From the NCBI GenBank assembly GCA_013265495.1, contig MU057991.1, forward strand, positions 124,001-188,000: a stretch of DNA of 64,000 nucleotides, written 5' to 3'. The notes beneath the pieces are model-generated. The model worked only from the letters and a program-made list of their open reading frames with translations. It did not search any database and was not told where the DNA came from. This stretch comes from Vicugna vicugna. Taxonomy: Eukaryota. The position numbers and the translations under genes are program-made. Every line of letters begins with the position of its first letter. Within the stretch, counting starts at the first letter, position 1. This document shows, one piece after another, positions 1 through 12,600 of this stretch.

Positions 1-654
1 GAATAAACGGTGACTCGGTGGCCGGAGGTCCTGACTCTCAGGTCCCCTCCTGTTTCAGCAGGGCTCCCATCACCGCCGTCCCCCCCCCCAGCCTGCACCT
101 TCAGCCAGTGCCAGCTTCTGCTCTGTACATTAATCCCCTCTTTCTCAGAACTGTGCTTTTCTAGAAAGTCTAAAATAAAACCTCTGTCCCCCATGTGCCC
201 CCCATTCCTTTTTATCTCTGCTTCTCCCAGCAGTTCTTGCCCACCTCCCACTCAGACACGCCCTCAGAAGCTCCCCGGCAGGGTGTGTCTCACTGCTTCT
301 GGGGTAACTGCTCGCTGATTTGTAAAGTGGGGACAGGCAGTAGATACACAGACAGGAGAGGACAGATTCTGCACCCTGGGTCCTTGGTCCCCCTCCCCTG
401 CTCCAGCGTGGCGGCTTTCCACAGTCACTCTGGAGGCTATCTGTTTGTCCCCCCATCACTTGTGTACGTTCTCTATCTCACAATTTTGCTAAAGGGACAC
501 GCTTGCAGTGCTTCATTTATTCTTCTATTGCACAGTTTTAGGAGAAAAAAAATAGGGAGGGAGGAGTCTAGGCAGATCCCTTACTGCTACATGAAACCCA
601 AGGCCCTAAACGTCATTTGAGATCATTCACACCAAATACCTCCATCATGGCTCG

Positions 655-825
655 ATCAGTGACTCCAAACAATGCCAACACATGGGGATTTGTAAGAAAT
701 ACTGATTTTTGGAATCCACCCCCACAGAGTCCCTGATGTAACCGTCCTGGGGTGGCGGCTGATACACAGTCTTTTTATTATAAAGCTCTCTGGATAATTC
801 TGAAGCCAGCCAATTTGGGACCTAA
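655..825. mobile_element. MER5-like hAT-Charlie DNA transposon fragment
   Basis: Resembles the recalled MER5 consensus (ccacccccacagag..ctgat..ctggggtgg..tttttattataaagctctctggataattctga). Boundaries approximate. Confidence 0.55.
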
Positions 826-859
826 CAATCACGGGGTTAAAACCCCTTTTTCAACAAGA

Positions 860-960
860 AATTTTTTCTTTAATTGAAGTATAGTCAGTTTACAATGTTG
901 TCTCAATTTCTGGTGTGCAGCACAATGTTTCAGTCACACATGAATACACACACACATATA
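860..960 (-). mobile_element. L1 3' end fragment
   Basis: T-tract then ttaattgaagtatagtcagtttacaatgttg, the reverse complement of the artiodactyl-type L1 tail found repeatedly in this window. Confidence 0.75.
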
Positions 961-1321
961 AAAAGCCTATGGATTTACATGTGAGCTGTCATGAGCAATA
1001 ATCTCACTGCAGTCTAAACCCTCATTTCTTTTGTTCCTTGAACACCTGTTACAATGTTCTAGCTGTGTGGTAAAACAGTCAGAAGAATGCAAAGATTAGC
1101 TAACGCAAGCTAATTTTGAAATCAAACTTTTCGATGTGAAGTGCATTACTGGCTGCTTGTTTAATTATTAACACCAAAATAAAGATAAAAACCGTTCTGT
1201 GTCCAAAGGAGTACAAGCAGCAGGTTAAACCGCTCATATACATACAGGACCAGAGAAATCACACAAACACAGCTTGTCACAAAGCTCAAAGACACAAAAG
1301 CAAACAAAAAAACTGACCTTA

Positions 1322-1946
1322 TGTGAGAGCTGGCAGATGGCTAGACATGAGCAGAGAAAGGGGGACACAGAACAAATGGCAGGAACTGGGCAGAAAGGAG
1401 GGGCGAATACAGGAAACCATACATCATGTGAGCACCAGGGCAGAGAAAAGCTGGAACCTCTGGGCTGATAAACGGTCACACATTTTGGGGTGAAGAGCAG
1501 CCTGAAGGCTGACAAAGAAAGGTGGGAAAAGGCAGGAATCTCCAATGTCCCGATGTAACCTTTTGCTCATTCTGCCCTCATTTCAATAAAATTAGCCTGC
1601 AGATCAGAAGTCCCCATCATGCACCGATGCCGGGACACTTCCGATCCAGACTAAATAAGGACAAAAATCCCTCTTCCCCTTGGGAAGGTGGAGCTGGGGT
1701 GATAATCAGGGAATATGACCCGAAACCCTTCCCTCCCCAATGAACATTCTGCTCATTCATTTTTACATTCTATGTAACCAACTTGCCAAAGAAACTCGGG
1801 GCAGCTGCTCACCTGAGTCTGCCCGCTCCCCTCTTGAGAGAGTGTGCCGTCCATCCCTTAAGAAATCCCCACCTGACTTTCTTAACCTCTGTGTCCTGTC
1901 TCTGGATTCTTTCTCTGACGGGGCAAGAACCTAGTCACTGGCAACA
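1322..1946 (+). mobile_element. Solo ERV1-class LTR
   Basis: Starts TG (tgtgagagc) and ends CA (ggcaaca), flanked by a 4-bp target-site duplication ctta (1318-1321 and 1947-1950); U5-like 3' end (ttctttctctgacggggcaagaacc). Confidence 0.8.
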
Positions 1947-2138
1947 CTTATAGCAAGTTTGCTCTTATTACACATTTTCAAAAACAGTCACATATTAGGT
2001 CAAACAATTAAGGTTACAAAAATATGGCATACTAACTTCATATGACATTCAAGCTTCAGACAGAAAAAAAGTTCTTTAGAAATAAAACTACAAAACATCT
2101 CGTCAATGAAGACAGTTTAAAACCTCTTTTAAGATATA

Positions 2139-2410
2139 GGGGGTGAGAAGGGATTTCAAAATGTAAAATAGATAAACAAGATTATCCTGTAGAGCACAGG
2201 GAAATATATACAAGATCTTATGGTAGCTCACAGAGAAAAAAAATGTGACAATGAATATATACATGTTCATATATAACTGAAAAATTGTGCTCTACACTGG
2301 AATTGGACACAACATTGTAAAATGATTATAAATCAATAAAAAATAAAATAAATATTTTAAATTTAAAATTCAAAAATAAAATAAAATAAAATAAAATAAA
2401 ATAAAATAAA
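2139..2410 (+). mobile_element. L1 3' end with (AAAAT)n tail
   Basis: L1 3'UTR motifs (gataaacaagattatcctgtagagcacagggaaatatatacaagatctt; gacacaacattgtaaaatgattataaatcaataaa) followed by an A-rich tail that has become (AAAAT)n at about 2375-2410. Confidence 0.85.
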
Positions 2411-2516
2411 AGGTATAAGACACGGTCATCTTAAAAGGAGAACATTTCCGATCCACGTCTTACACAGCATAATCCGAAAAGCAGACCTGCCAGTCACTGA
2501 CAGCGCAGGGCCTTAC

Positions 2517-2634
2517 CCGTCCAGCCGGTATAAGCAGAGCAGTCGTGGGGATCAGCCGTCTTCAGTCCTTCTTCCATCTGCTGCAGGAGATCTTTGATTT
2601 TGGTCTGGATCCGTTTTGTGAAATGATGAATGAT
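2517..2634 (-). CDS. LANCL2: LanC-like protein 2, internal coding exon (equivalent to human exon 2)
   Basis: Minus strand reads IIHHFTKRIQTKIKDLLQQMEEGLKTADPHDCSAYTGWT+G, nearly identical to recalled human LANCL2 IIHNFIRRIQTKIKDLLQQMEEGLKTADPHDCSAYTGWTG. Canonical acceptor (ttctcag, AG at 2636-2635) and donor (gtaagg from 2516); 118 nt, phase 0 to phase 1, no disruptions. Downstream exons lie left of the window. Confidence 0.97.
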
Positions 2635-5155
2635 CTGAGAACCGAAAGCAGACAGACATTTCAATCGCACGGGACTAGGAGAATGCTGTAGTAAGTACTT
2701 CCACTAACAGTCTAAGTTGTACCAAACAGACAGAAATTACGTTACCTGGCCCGTTTCAATGTTTCATTGATTGGAGGGAGGCGACCTTGGTTGTACAGGG
2801 TAAGTCTTAAAATGAGATTAACACCCTGAATGAACTGTTAGTCATCAGTAGAATGACGGAAAATAAGTTGCAGAAACAAAATTAAAAAAAAAAAAGGGGG
2901 GGTGGGGAAGAAGTGGATTTGACCACACAAACAGTGTAACTTAAGTTAAAGAACATAAGGATGGTTTAAAAGGTAATGATAAGGGGGAAATATTTGCAAA
3001 TATAAAATATTATAAATAAAAGAAACCTATCAATCCATCTAAAATTATCAAGTGTCCCATTAAAAAAAAATCAGAGGACAAACATGCAAAAATGTCCAGT
3101 CACTTAGCAATTAATGAAATGCAGAAAACCACAAGTACCATGGCCTGCCTATCAGAGAAACAAATTAAACATTAAAAAATGTGGAGTCCCAAGGCGGCTA
3201 GGAGCCAAGGAAACAGGCATTTCTGTTCAGTGCCAGGGATGTTTCTCAAGGGAAATTTGCCAACATTCTTAAACACGTAGCTGACGGTGTGTCCAGATCT
3301 CTGCCTTTGATGACTTTTGAAAATTCCACCTGCTTCGTCGGTATCTGCCATGCAGTCAGACCTCCAGCTGTGACTGTGACATTGTCTCTCCCTTTAATTC
3401 TGCCTTTTTATCCCTTTGCGCTTGCATTCCTGTTATTTGGCATAGGAAAATTCAGGACTGTTACGTTTTCCTGACAGATTTTATCGTAAAGAAATGTCCC
3501 CTCTGTGGGACTACAGGGGAAATGTTCTCAGTACTGCATAATTCAGGCTTTCGGGGCAGATTTTATTGAAAATCTGGGATTCTGGACTAAAAGCAACCGT
3601 AAGAATTAGGTTACAATTGTATACACAGTGAAAGCTCCAGAGAGGTTTATTTAACCCTGGACGGATGTGTCTACACTGCAAAGTGGGATGAGAGCCTGGA
3701 CCAGGGATGTATTTCTGAGAATTGAAAGCAAATGGGCCTGTCTTTTTCAGAGAGATTTATTTATTCCAAAGACAGATATTTCCAGTGAAACTCTCAAAAA
3801 GGGAGAGAGAGAGAGTTGCCCCTTTCCCCTTTATTAAAAGCAGAGGAAACGTATTTTTCTTCATCCCTTGCCTACAATACAGGGTTTGTGCATGCAGAAT
3901 ATTTGACCTGACTTCCACTGCCCCACAGGTGGGACCTGGGACCCAGGGAACCACTCACTGGTTATTTTCCGTCTGGTAAATAACAAGACATCTCTGATGC
4001 AGAAACCTCTGGTGTACATTCAAGAAAAAATTAACAAGTGCAAAGATTAAAGTCCTCCACTGGGGCGACGTCAGCATCAAGGCGCTGCACCGCATCCCCT
4101 GCTTCGTCCTCCCATTTTTAACAGAAAGCAGGCATTACCCATGGACACGGATGCCCGCCTCCGTGTGAGCCGTGGAGCCCAGCACCTCACCCCACGGGAC
4201 CCACGGCAAGTCTAGCGCCGGGTGATGAGCAGACAGACTTCAGTACCAGCTGTGAAACCTCCAGGACGCTGAACCGGTGCCAGCCCCTCTCAGCTACAGC
4301 CTGGGGGTGCAGGCAGCACAGTGACCCAGGCAGTCACCTTCAGATGACAGAGCCTGTGTGGAAGCCCAGATTTCCAGAGAAGGACCAGCACTCCGCTGGA
4401 GGGAAGGAACCGGAGTTCGGATGGAGCGTGCTGGTGGAATAGCTTGTCTCCACCAGCACCACCTGGGGTTACAGGCAGGGCGCCCAGCTAAACAGATGGC
4501 CCGGGGTTTGTCCTGCAGGGCACAGGGAAGGCCCGGTTTCTAAATCTGCGCGGGACTCTGCTGAAGAGATTCCTTTCTCTCATTTCTGACCATGCACCCA
4601 GAGCACTGCAGACGGAGTCCACAGCCGGGGAGGGGGAGCAAATTGGAAGAGCACATGAGACGCCCCGAGGGCATCGAAGGACCGCAGCTCCTGCTGGTGT
4701 GTTCTGGGCTCCACCAGGTGCGTGAAAACTCCAGGAGATGTGGCATCACCCCAGGATCACAATAACCCCCCAATAACCAAACCCGAACACGAAAATCTAA
4801 TATTTACACAATAAAGGATTCAAAACAGCTGTTTTAAGGAAACTGATCTACAAAACAAACACACACACACAAAGATGATTCAATGATATAAAAAAAAGTA
4901 CACAATCAAAATGAGAAATATAACAAATAAATATAAAATCATTGAGAAAAAAACAAAAATTCTGGAGCTTAAGAATTTAATGAAGTGGAAAATGTAACAG
5001 AGAGCATCAAAAAGTAGAGCAGATCAAATAGAAGACAGAATCAGTGAGACGGGGACTTTGAAATAATCCAGTCTCTAGAGAAAAGAAGGAAAAAGAAGGA
5101 AAAAGAGTGAAGACGCATACCTGATCAACGAGACGTCTTCAAAAGAACAAAATCC

Positions 5156-5360
5156 AGTATAATATTGTTTATCTATTCTATAAGATTATACTGTGCAGCA
5201 CAGGGAAATATACACAAGATCTTATGGTGGCTCACAGAGAAAAAAACGTGACAATGAATATATGTATGTTCGTGTATAACTGAAACATTGTGCTCTACGC
5301 TGGAATTTGACACAACATTGTAAAATGATTATGAATCAATAAAAAATGTAAAAAAAAAAA
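5156..5360 (+). mobile_element. Young 5'-truncated, 5'-inverted L1 nested in the older L1
   Basis: 15-bp TSD aaaagaacaaaatcc (5141-5155) / aaaagagcaaaatcc (5361-5375), poly(A) tail, body similar to the L1 tail at 2160-2340, first ~25 nt inverted. Confidence 0.85.
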
Positions 5361-7150
5361 AAAAGAGCAAAATCCGAATCATTAGAGTTCCAGAAGGGAA
5401 AGTAAGGAGGAAAGAGGACGGAACACTTATTTAAAGAAATAACACTTGAGAACTTTGCAAACCTGGGAAGAGATTTGGACACAGACTTCGTGAAGCTAAT
5501 AAACAGATTATCCCATTATCTCAACCCAAATGTCCCCTCTAAGACACGTTATAATAAAATGGTCAGAAATCAAACACAAAAAGAGAAACCTAAAGGCACC
5601 AAGAGAAAAGAGGACTATAACCTACAAAGGAACCCAAAGTGGGGTGTCAGTGAATTTCTCAGCAGAAATCTTACAGCTCGGGAGAGAGTGGGATGATATA
5701 TTCAAAATGATGAGAGAGAAAAAAAAAAAGCCAACCAAAAATACTCCATCTGGTAACGCTATCCTTCAGAAAAGAAAGAGAAATACAGATTAAAAAAAAA
5801 ATGCTGATGTAATTCATCACCAACAGAACTGCCTAACAAGAAATGCTGAAAGTTCTTAAAGCTGAAATGAAGGAGGCTAACTAGTAACATGAAACATACA
5901 CACTGATGAAGATAAAGTCAAAAAACTCTGCAATATGGAGTGTGTTAACACTTAACTCTAGTACAAAGGTTGGAACAAGAGAACCAAGAATGACTTGAGC
6001 TACTGTAATTTGCTAATGAGTACAGAACACAAAGAGGCAAACTGTGACACAAACACATAAGAGGAAAGAGTGAAAGAGTATATACGTTTTGCATGTGATT
6101 GAAGCTAAGCTGTTATCAGAGTAAAATGGACTGTTGCATCTTTAAGATATTTTATGTTAAGTCTCGTGATGACCACAAAGCAAAAAAATCTGAGTGGACT
6201 CACAGAAAATGAAGACGAGGAAATCAGAAGTGCACAATGGTGGGAAATCACAAATTCATAAAGGAATGCAGAAAGAGTCAAAAAGGAAAGGAATTAATTG
6301 GAAATAGACACATGCACTCAACAGCAGAGCAGCCAAACATACTAAGCAAATAACAACAGAGCTAAAGGGGGAAACAGACAATACACAATTAACACGGGAC
6401 TTCAGTACCATTCTGTCCACAATGGACAGGTCATCCAGACAGAAAATCAACACGGAAACACTGGGCTTGCATCATCCGTTAGACCAAGTGGTCCCAAGAG
6501 ACATGCGTAAGCCGTTCCATCCAACAACAGAATACACAGCAGAATTCTGTACACACAGAGCGCTCTGAAGGATGGATCACACGGCAGGGCACAGAAGACG
6601 TCTCAGCAAATTTAAAAGGCTGAAATCATACCACGTATCTTTCCTGATACCGGTTTGAAAGTGGAAAATCAACAGGAGGAACGTGGAAAACACACATATA
6701 CGAGGAATTTAAATAACACACTCCTGAACCACCAACGAGGCAAAGAAGTCACAAGGGAAAGCAAACAACATATTGAATCAAATGATAACAGAACACATAC
6801 CAAAATTACGGGGTGCTGCAAAAGCAGTTCCAAGAGGGAAGTTTATAGTGATAAACGCCTACAGTGAGGAAAAAAGAAAGATCTTCACTAAATAACCTGG
6901 CTTTACACGTCAAAGGACTAGAAAAAGAACAAACCAACCCCAAAGTTAGCAGAAGAAAGGAAATAACAAAGACCACAGAAGTACATGAAACAGAAACCAG
7001 AGACACAATAGAAAAGATCAAACTTAAGAGCTGTTTTTTAAAACGATTAAAAACACCTGACAAACCTTTACGTAGATTAAGAAAAAGAGGAAACTCAATA
7101 AATAAAAACAGAAGTGAAAAAAGAGACATGACAGTGATCCCACAGAAACA

Positions 7151-7342
7151 CAGCTGACCCTTGAACAGCACAGATGTGAAACGCATGGGTCCACTCATAT
7201 GCAAACATTTTTCAGTAATAAATACTACAGTGCTGCATGGTCCATGGTTGGTTGAATTCAGGGATGTGGAGGAACCAAGAATACAGAGGACCAACTACAC
7301 ATTATATGTGGATTAACCCCCGAGTTGTTTAAGAGACAACTG
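7151..7342. mobile_element. Tigger2-family (TcMar) MITE inserted in L1 ORF2
   Basis: Terminal inverted repeats cagctgacccttgaac ... ttgtttaagagacaactg; it interrupts the L1 sequence acagaaa|caaag. Confidence 0.8.
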
Positions 7343-8929
7343 TGCAAAGTATTATGAGAGACCATTACGAACAGTTATATACAAGATGGATAACCTAGAA
7401 AAAATAAATTCCTAGAAACATACAACTAATCAAGGCCAAATCAGGAAGAAATAGGAAATACGAGCAGGCCAGTAGTGGAGGAGATCGAATCAGTAATCCA
7501 AAACCTCCCGAAAAAGAAAATCCGACAAAATGGGTTTCTGAACGCTTTTCCCCTAAGATCAGAACCAAGACAAGGATGCCCACTCTGACCACTCTTGTTC
7601 AACATGGTACTAGAAGTCCTGGCTAGAATACAATCAGGCAAAATAAAGAAATTCAAGGTATCTGACTCAGAAAGGAAGCAGTGAAACATTCTAGATCTAT
7701 AGACATGTTTTTTTTTTTCTTTTATCAATTTCTGCACCCAGTCCCCAGAGCCAGCTGAGATCTGCCAGGGTCAAAGACATGCCCCTCGAGCTCATGCGAG
7801 CCCTCAACCCACTGTGTTCTCCCAGCCCAGGGAGATGGGGAGTGGCCATCCACACCGCCACCCTCCCAGGCAGCAGACACATCTCAGGCCACCCTGTCCA
7901 CCACCCAGCTCACTGCACCTTTGCTCAAACTCAGCGCCCCTAAAACCAAAGACCCATTATCTCGGGGCCTGTGTCACCTTCCAGCCCTCACTCAGCTGCC
8001 ACCTCTCAGACATATCCTACCCACCCTTCCTCTTTCCCAGGGCGTCCTGCCCCGTCTCGTGGTAAGACCTCCGAGGCCATTTCAGCCATCACCAGAAGCC
8101 AGGGGCACAGCACAGGCCCAGCAGGGAAAGGACCCCAGGTGCTGGATGGACAGATGCCCTGTCCTTGGCCCTTGGTACCCAGTGAATTCCCACCCAGTGT
8201 CCACACAGTGTCTCTGCCACCTGTCCCTGCCTTTTATTCCCTATCGGGCAAATTCAAGGCCATATTAGTTCCTGCCGGCCTCTTACCAATGCCTTTTACC
8301 TCACTGGCTTCCCTGCCTGATTCAAATCAACATTCTCATGTGAGGCTTCTCCATGCTTTTAGGATGCGGGGTAAAGAGACTACCATTTAAGGTCACCAAC
8401 AATAATCATTTTTCAACCTTATTTTCCACTAAGGCTTCCCGTCAACCCTGAGGTCCAGGAAGTGGATCTGCCAGCTCCATCCCTTCCTGACACTCCAGTG
8501 CAGGGAGCACCCCTTGTGAGCAGCTCAGCCCAGCACAACAAACCTTCTTCACAGTATCTGTGAACCCAAGATCAAGAGAACCATCTCTTCTCAGAACAGT
8601 GTGCATGGAGGGCACAGATCAGATGCCCCACCTTTCTCACATCATGGCATGTAACAAAAATTGTATTTGCACAACACACTACAGTTAAAATGAGGGCTCC
8701 TCAGAGCCCGAGGCGCTGGCCTGGAGCTGGGGCCACCTGGTCACAAGGAGCTCTCTCCATCGCTGCCACCCACCCATCTCGGCCAGCCGGCTCAGAAGCT
8801 CTGCCGGGAGAACCACACAGCCAGCACCTCCGGCTCCGGGCAATCCCCTGTGTGGTGACGAGGAGCCTGGGCCACATTTCACACCACGTGGCACCTACTG
8901 AGTAGTTCAAGCTCTGAAACGTCAACGGG

Positions 8930-9120
8930 AGGTAAACAACAGGCACATACTGTAGAGCGCAAGGAGCTATGTTCAAGATCTTATAGTAACGTACGGGGAA
9001 AAAGAATTTGAAAATGGATCGCCTGTGCGTGCATGGATGACTGAGGCATCGCGCTGTGCGCCAGAGATTGACACGACATTGCAAACTGCCTGGACTTCAA
9101 TAAAAATGTGTTTTTTTAAA
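8930..9120 (+). mobile_element. L1 3' end fragment
   Basis: Diverged copy of the same L1 tail (taaacaacaggcacatactgtagagc...gacacgacattgcaaactgcctggacttcaataaaaa). Confidence 0.75.
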
Positions 9121-9639
9121 AGCATGTGCTCAGATTTTTCTTTTAATGTTAATGGGGTAACTTTTTAAAATACCTTTTTAAAAAAAAGCCAACACTGGTC
9201 CAACAGACTCAGGAGACTGGTTAAACTGATCAAAGTGGCCCTAGTTTTTCTGAGCAGTTGAAGTCTCCTTGTCCCTCTGCAGTACACCACGGCCACAAAG
9301 TGGACTCGCTCCCACCACCTTCAACGTCACCTACAGGCCAGGGCCTGACTCTCAGCTGCTCCCCCAAAGCGGAGCGCCTTCCCCAGGTGGTGGCCTGTCC
9401 GCTTCGGCTGCCTTTTGTGGCAAGGTCCCCTGACCTTACCTCTGCAAAGCAGGAGGAAGCCCTGGGACCTCCCTGACGGGGTGAGTGGGGGCCTAGTGGC
9501 ACCAGCCGGAGGAAAGGCCTGCCGTCCACTCCTGAGCCCAGATCCCAGCTCACCAGTGGGCCTCCCAGACCCCCGTCCCCACGCCCAAGCCCCAGGACGG
9601 TCTCTTCCAAACACACGCTCGATTCCTCTAAAAGGTGTA

Positions 9640-9671
<32 letters not shown>

Positions 9672-9672
9672 A
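9640..9672. repeat. (AAT)n microsatellite
   Basis: Direct run of aat units. Confidence 0.9.
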
Positions 9673-12600
9673 ATGAAAAAATAAACCTATATACCTTCCC
9701 CTCCAAACAAAACGAAGAACTGGCTGGCAGACTGAGCTTGCCCAAAATACGCAAGAAAACTAAAAATCTGTTGCCACTACTACAAAATGCCACCATATGG
9801 AAACTCAAGAGAACACACTGGCCTGAAACCTGCTCACCTGCAAGGTTACCGCGAGCAGTTGCCTCTTAGGTGAGAAAGTGCTGTGTCAATTTTAACAGCC
9901 ACCGGCTCAAGGCTAACCCGCACTGAGCAACTGGGATGGGAGGAAATGTTACACTGGGATTCTATGCAGACTCGAGGCCACAGGGCTTTTTCACGTCCTT
10001 ACGTCCCTCCTAGGATGACCTGACTGCCTTTTTCAGGTGAGATCTCCTTACAATGGGCCCTGAAGACCTCCAGATTGTTAGGCTGCAGTCTCCTTCCTCG
10101 ATCTGAGTGGCTCACTGTGCCTGGTAACTGAGACGTAAGACCCCAGGGGGGTCATCACATAGTTGTCAAGGATTTTGTCTCAGAGGCGAATGGAGGGGGA
10201 GCAAGAGCTAGGGGACCCCAGATCACTTTCAAACATTCCCACTTGTCCTCACGGCCACCCCATGACGTGGATGGGACAGTGGATGGGACAGCTGAAGCCA
10301 GGTGGCCAGGAAACCCACCCAAAGCTGAAGAGCTGGAAGCTGCAGTCGGTGACAAAGCCAGGCCTGTCCAAGTCCCAAGCTGGGTAGAGAGCTGTTGAGT
10401 GCAGGTGCGGAAGACGGACGGGACTTGGGCCCAGGCCTTCTCATCTGTCACCGCAAGCACCATCCAGCAATCCACTTCCCATCCCTGGCCGGAGTCTACG
10501 CAGGGAGAAAACCAGAGGAACAGGGGACCCTCTTGGTGCTCAAAGGCAGGACCCCGTGAGAGAGCTGCCTGGCAAACATCTTCCCATGTTACAGATGGAG
10601 GGCCGGGCTCTCCCTGGAAGTCAGAACGTGGGGCCCAGCAAGCCCCAGGTCAGGAAGGGGGGCAGCAGCGCCTCTGCCCTGGTGAGGCCACCGACGCAGC
10701 CATTCACCAGGGAGGTGCCGAGGCTGGTGGCAAAAGCATGCACAGTCTGACAGCAGAAAGGCCAGGGCCCGATCCCAGCTGCAGAAAAATCAGCAAAGTG
10801 GCCCTGGCAAGTACCACCCTCTGCAAGGACCTCACCTTCTCCCACCTGCAATGTGGGGACAGGTGTGGCTCCAAGGGACACCGCGCAGACAGTGACGGTT
10901 CCTCCCCCAAGCACGGAGGCGCTCCGCACGAGAGAAGCGGAGGGGTCACCCGTGCTTCTGGGCCCTGCCTCCTCCGCGCCAGCCCCGACGGTGCACCCCC
11001 GGACTCCAGCTTACTCAGCAGGTGCGCACAACAGGTGCTGGGCTGCCGAGGCATTCAACGTAGAAGTCACCATCCCCTTTTTAGAAACGGGACACAGAGG
11101 GCAAGGCTCACTAAGGTCATCATGTCATTAGGAAGTGGCCGTCACTGGGAACCTGCCTGAGGCAAAGCCAGAGCCGGCCCACAGCACCACTCTCGGGACC
11201 GGGACCGGCTGCCTGGGAGCAGGCCCGCTGCCCTGCCCGGCACACAGCAGGAGGCAGGGGCTGTGGGCCCACTCCCCGGCCCCAGGAGGAGCTGGCCGCC
11301 ACCACAGGGCAGCAGGGGTGTTCTAAGTGCGCTCAAACGCATGACCTCATTTAGAATGAATTCTGTTTGAAAGGTTCAAACCAAAAGACCTGGCCAGCAA
11401 GGCGGGTCGGGTGGTGCCAGGTCTAGAGACGACATTGCAGGAGGAAGGGCAGAGAGTCTCCAGCCTCAAACAAGGGAAGCCCTTCCCCCCAGGCCCCTGT
11501 GCTGCCTCCGCCTCCACCCTCCCTGCCCTCGGCTGCACTGCATCCGTCCATCTTTGAGGCCAAGTAGCCGCCAAGCCCCATGGCGTCTGACCTTCCCCCC
11601 AACTCCTGCCTCAGCTTGCTGGGGTCCCCCTTCGGGTGCAGCCCAGCGCCTGCCAGCACATTCCACCTTGGACGCTGGCCTCTGTTCCCTGGACAGATAG
11701 CAAGCCTTCCGTCCTTTTATGTAAGGAATCCACGAACTGGCAATCAGAACAGGAAAGCAAGGCCTCTGACACACTCACCTGTGCAACAGGCACCCCTGTG
11801 AACACAGAGAGAGAGAAAGAGGGTGCAGCATCCTGATGCAAGGATGCCTTCCCACATGCCCTGGACGGTTCCCAGAGGACTCCCAGTCACCTCCTAAGGC
11901 CACCGGCACGTACTTCATTAGAGTAGGTTCCTTCATCTTCTAAAACACTAACCCACATTTTCATCAGACAAATACAGCCTCAGAAGCGAGGTGAGGGGCA
12001 AGAAGCCCGCGCTCTGACATTCCTCCTGACCAAAATGACCCGGATCGTGTTTGCTGGAACCCACAAGTATGCAAGATCTGTCCACGGCGGGCACTTCTGT
12101 TTCTAGTAACACCACCTCACTATTTCCACCTCGCTGCCACCACCACTTCAGGTGCCCTGTCTTTTTTTTTTTTTTTTTAACTCAACGATCTTAACACGTT
12201 ACCTTCCTAATTCAAGGCAAGACACAGCTTTGCACATTTAGCACAAGAAACACGTCTCGGTACTTGAAAGAACCGCAATCTGAGGCCAGACTGTCTCACT
12301 CACGTCCTACAACAGTTCAGGTGACTCTGGAGCATCCATCCTCACAAACCACCACACTCAGCAGGCAGCACAGTTCCGTAAGCCGCCAACTGTGACACTG
12401 CCGACTCATCGTGCTGGTTCTGCCACACTTGCCAACCTGCCATGTTACAAGCGGGTCCCAGCGATGCTCTATTACCCCAGGACGACCGCTCATGAAGCCC
12501 TCACCTACTCACCTATTTTGTCATCTTCCTGGTTTTTCTACAACGAGCAGAAATTAACTCAATGATCGGGGGGAAAATAAAGCTAAGGAAAATAGCCTTG

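Larger units (their letters stand above)
4790..7705 (+). mobile_element. Old degenerate L1 (ORF1 plus ORF2 endonuclease/linker remnants) carrying nested insertions
   Basis: A-rich plus strand; ORF fragments read like L1 proteins (PRHVIIK/ITYKG in 5530-5793; LNNTLLNHQ; LEKEQTNPKVSRRKEITK; KSCFLKRLKTPDKPL; FPLRSEPRQGCPL near 7547-7585). Many stops and frameshifts. Confidence 0.9.

Noticed and set aside
10163..10387. TCPHGHP resembling the MutL/PMS2 CPHGRP motif
   Set aside because: Isolated motif with no flanking similarity or exon structure, antisense within the LANCL2 intron.
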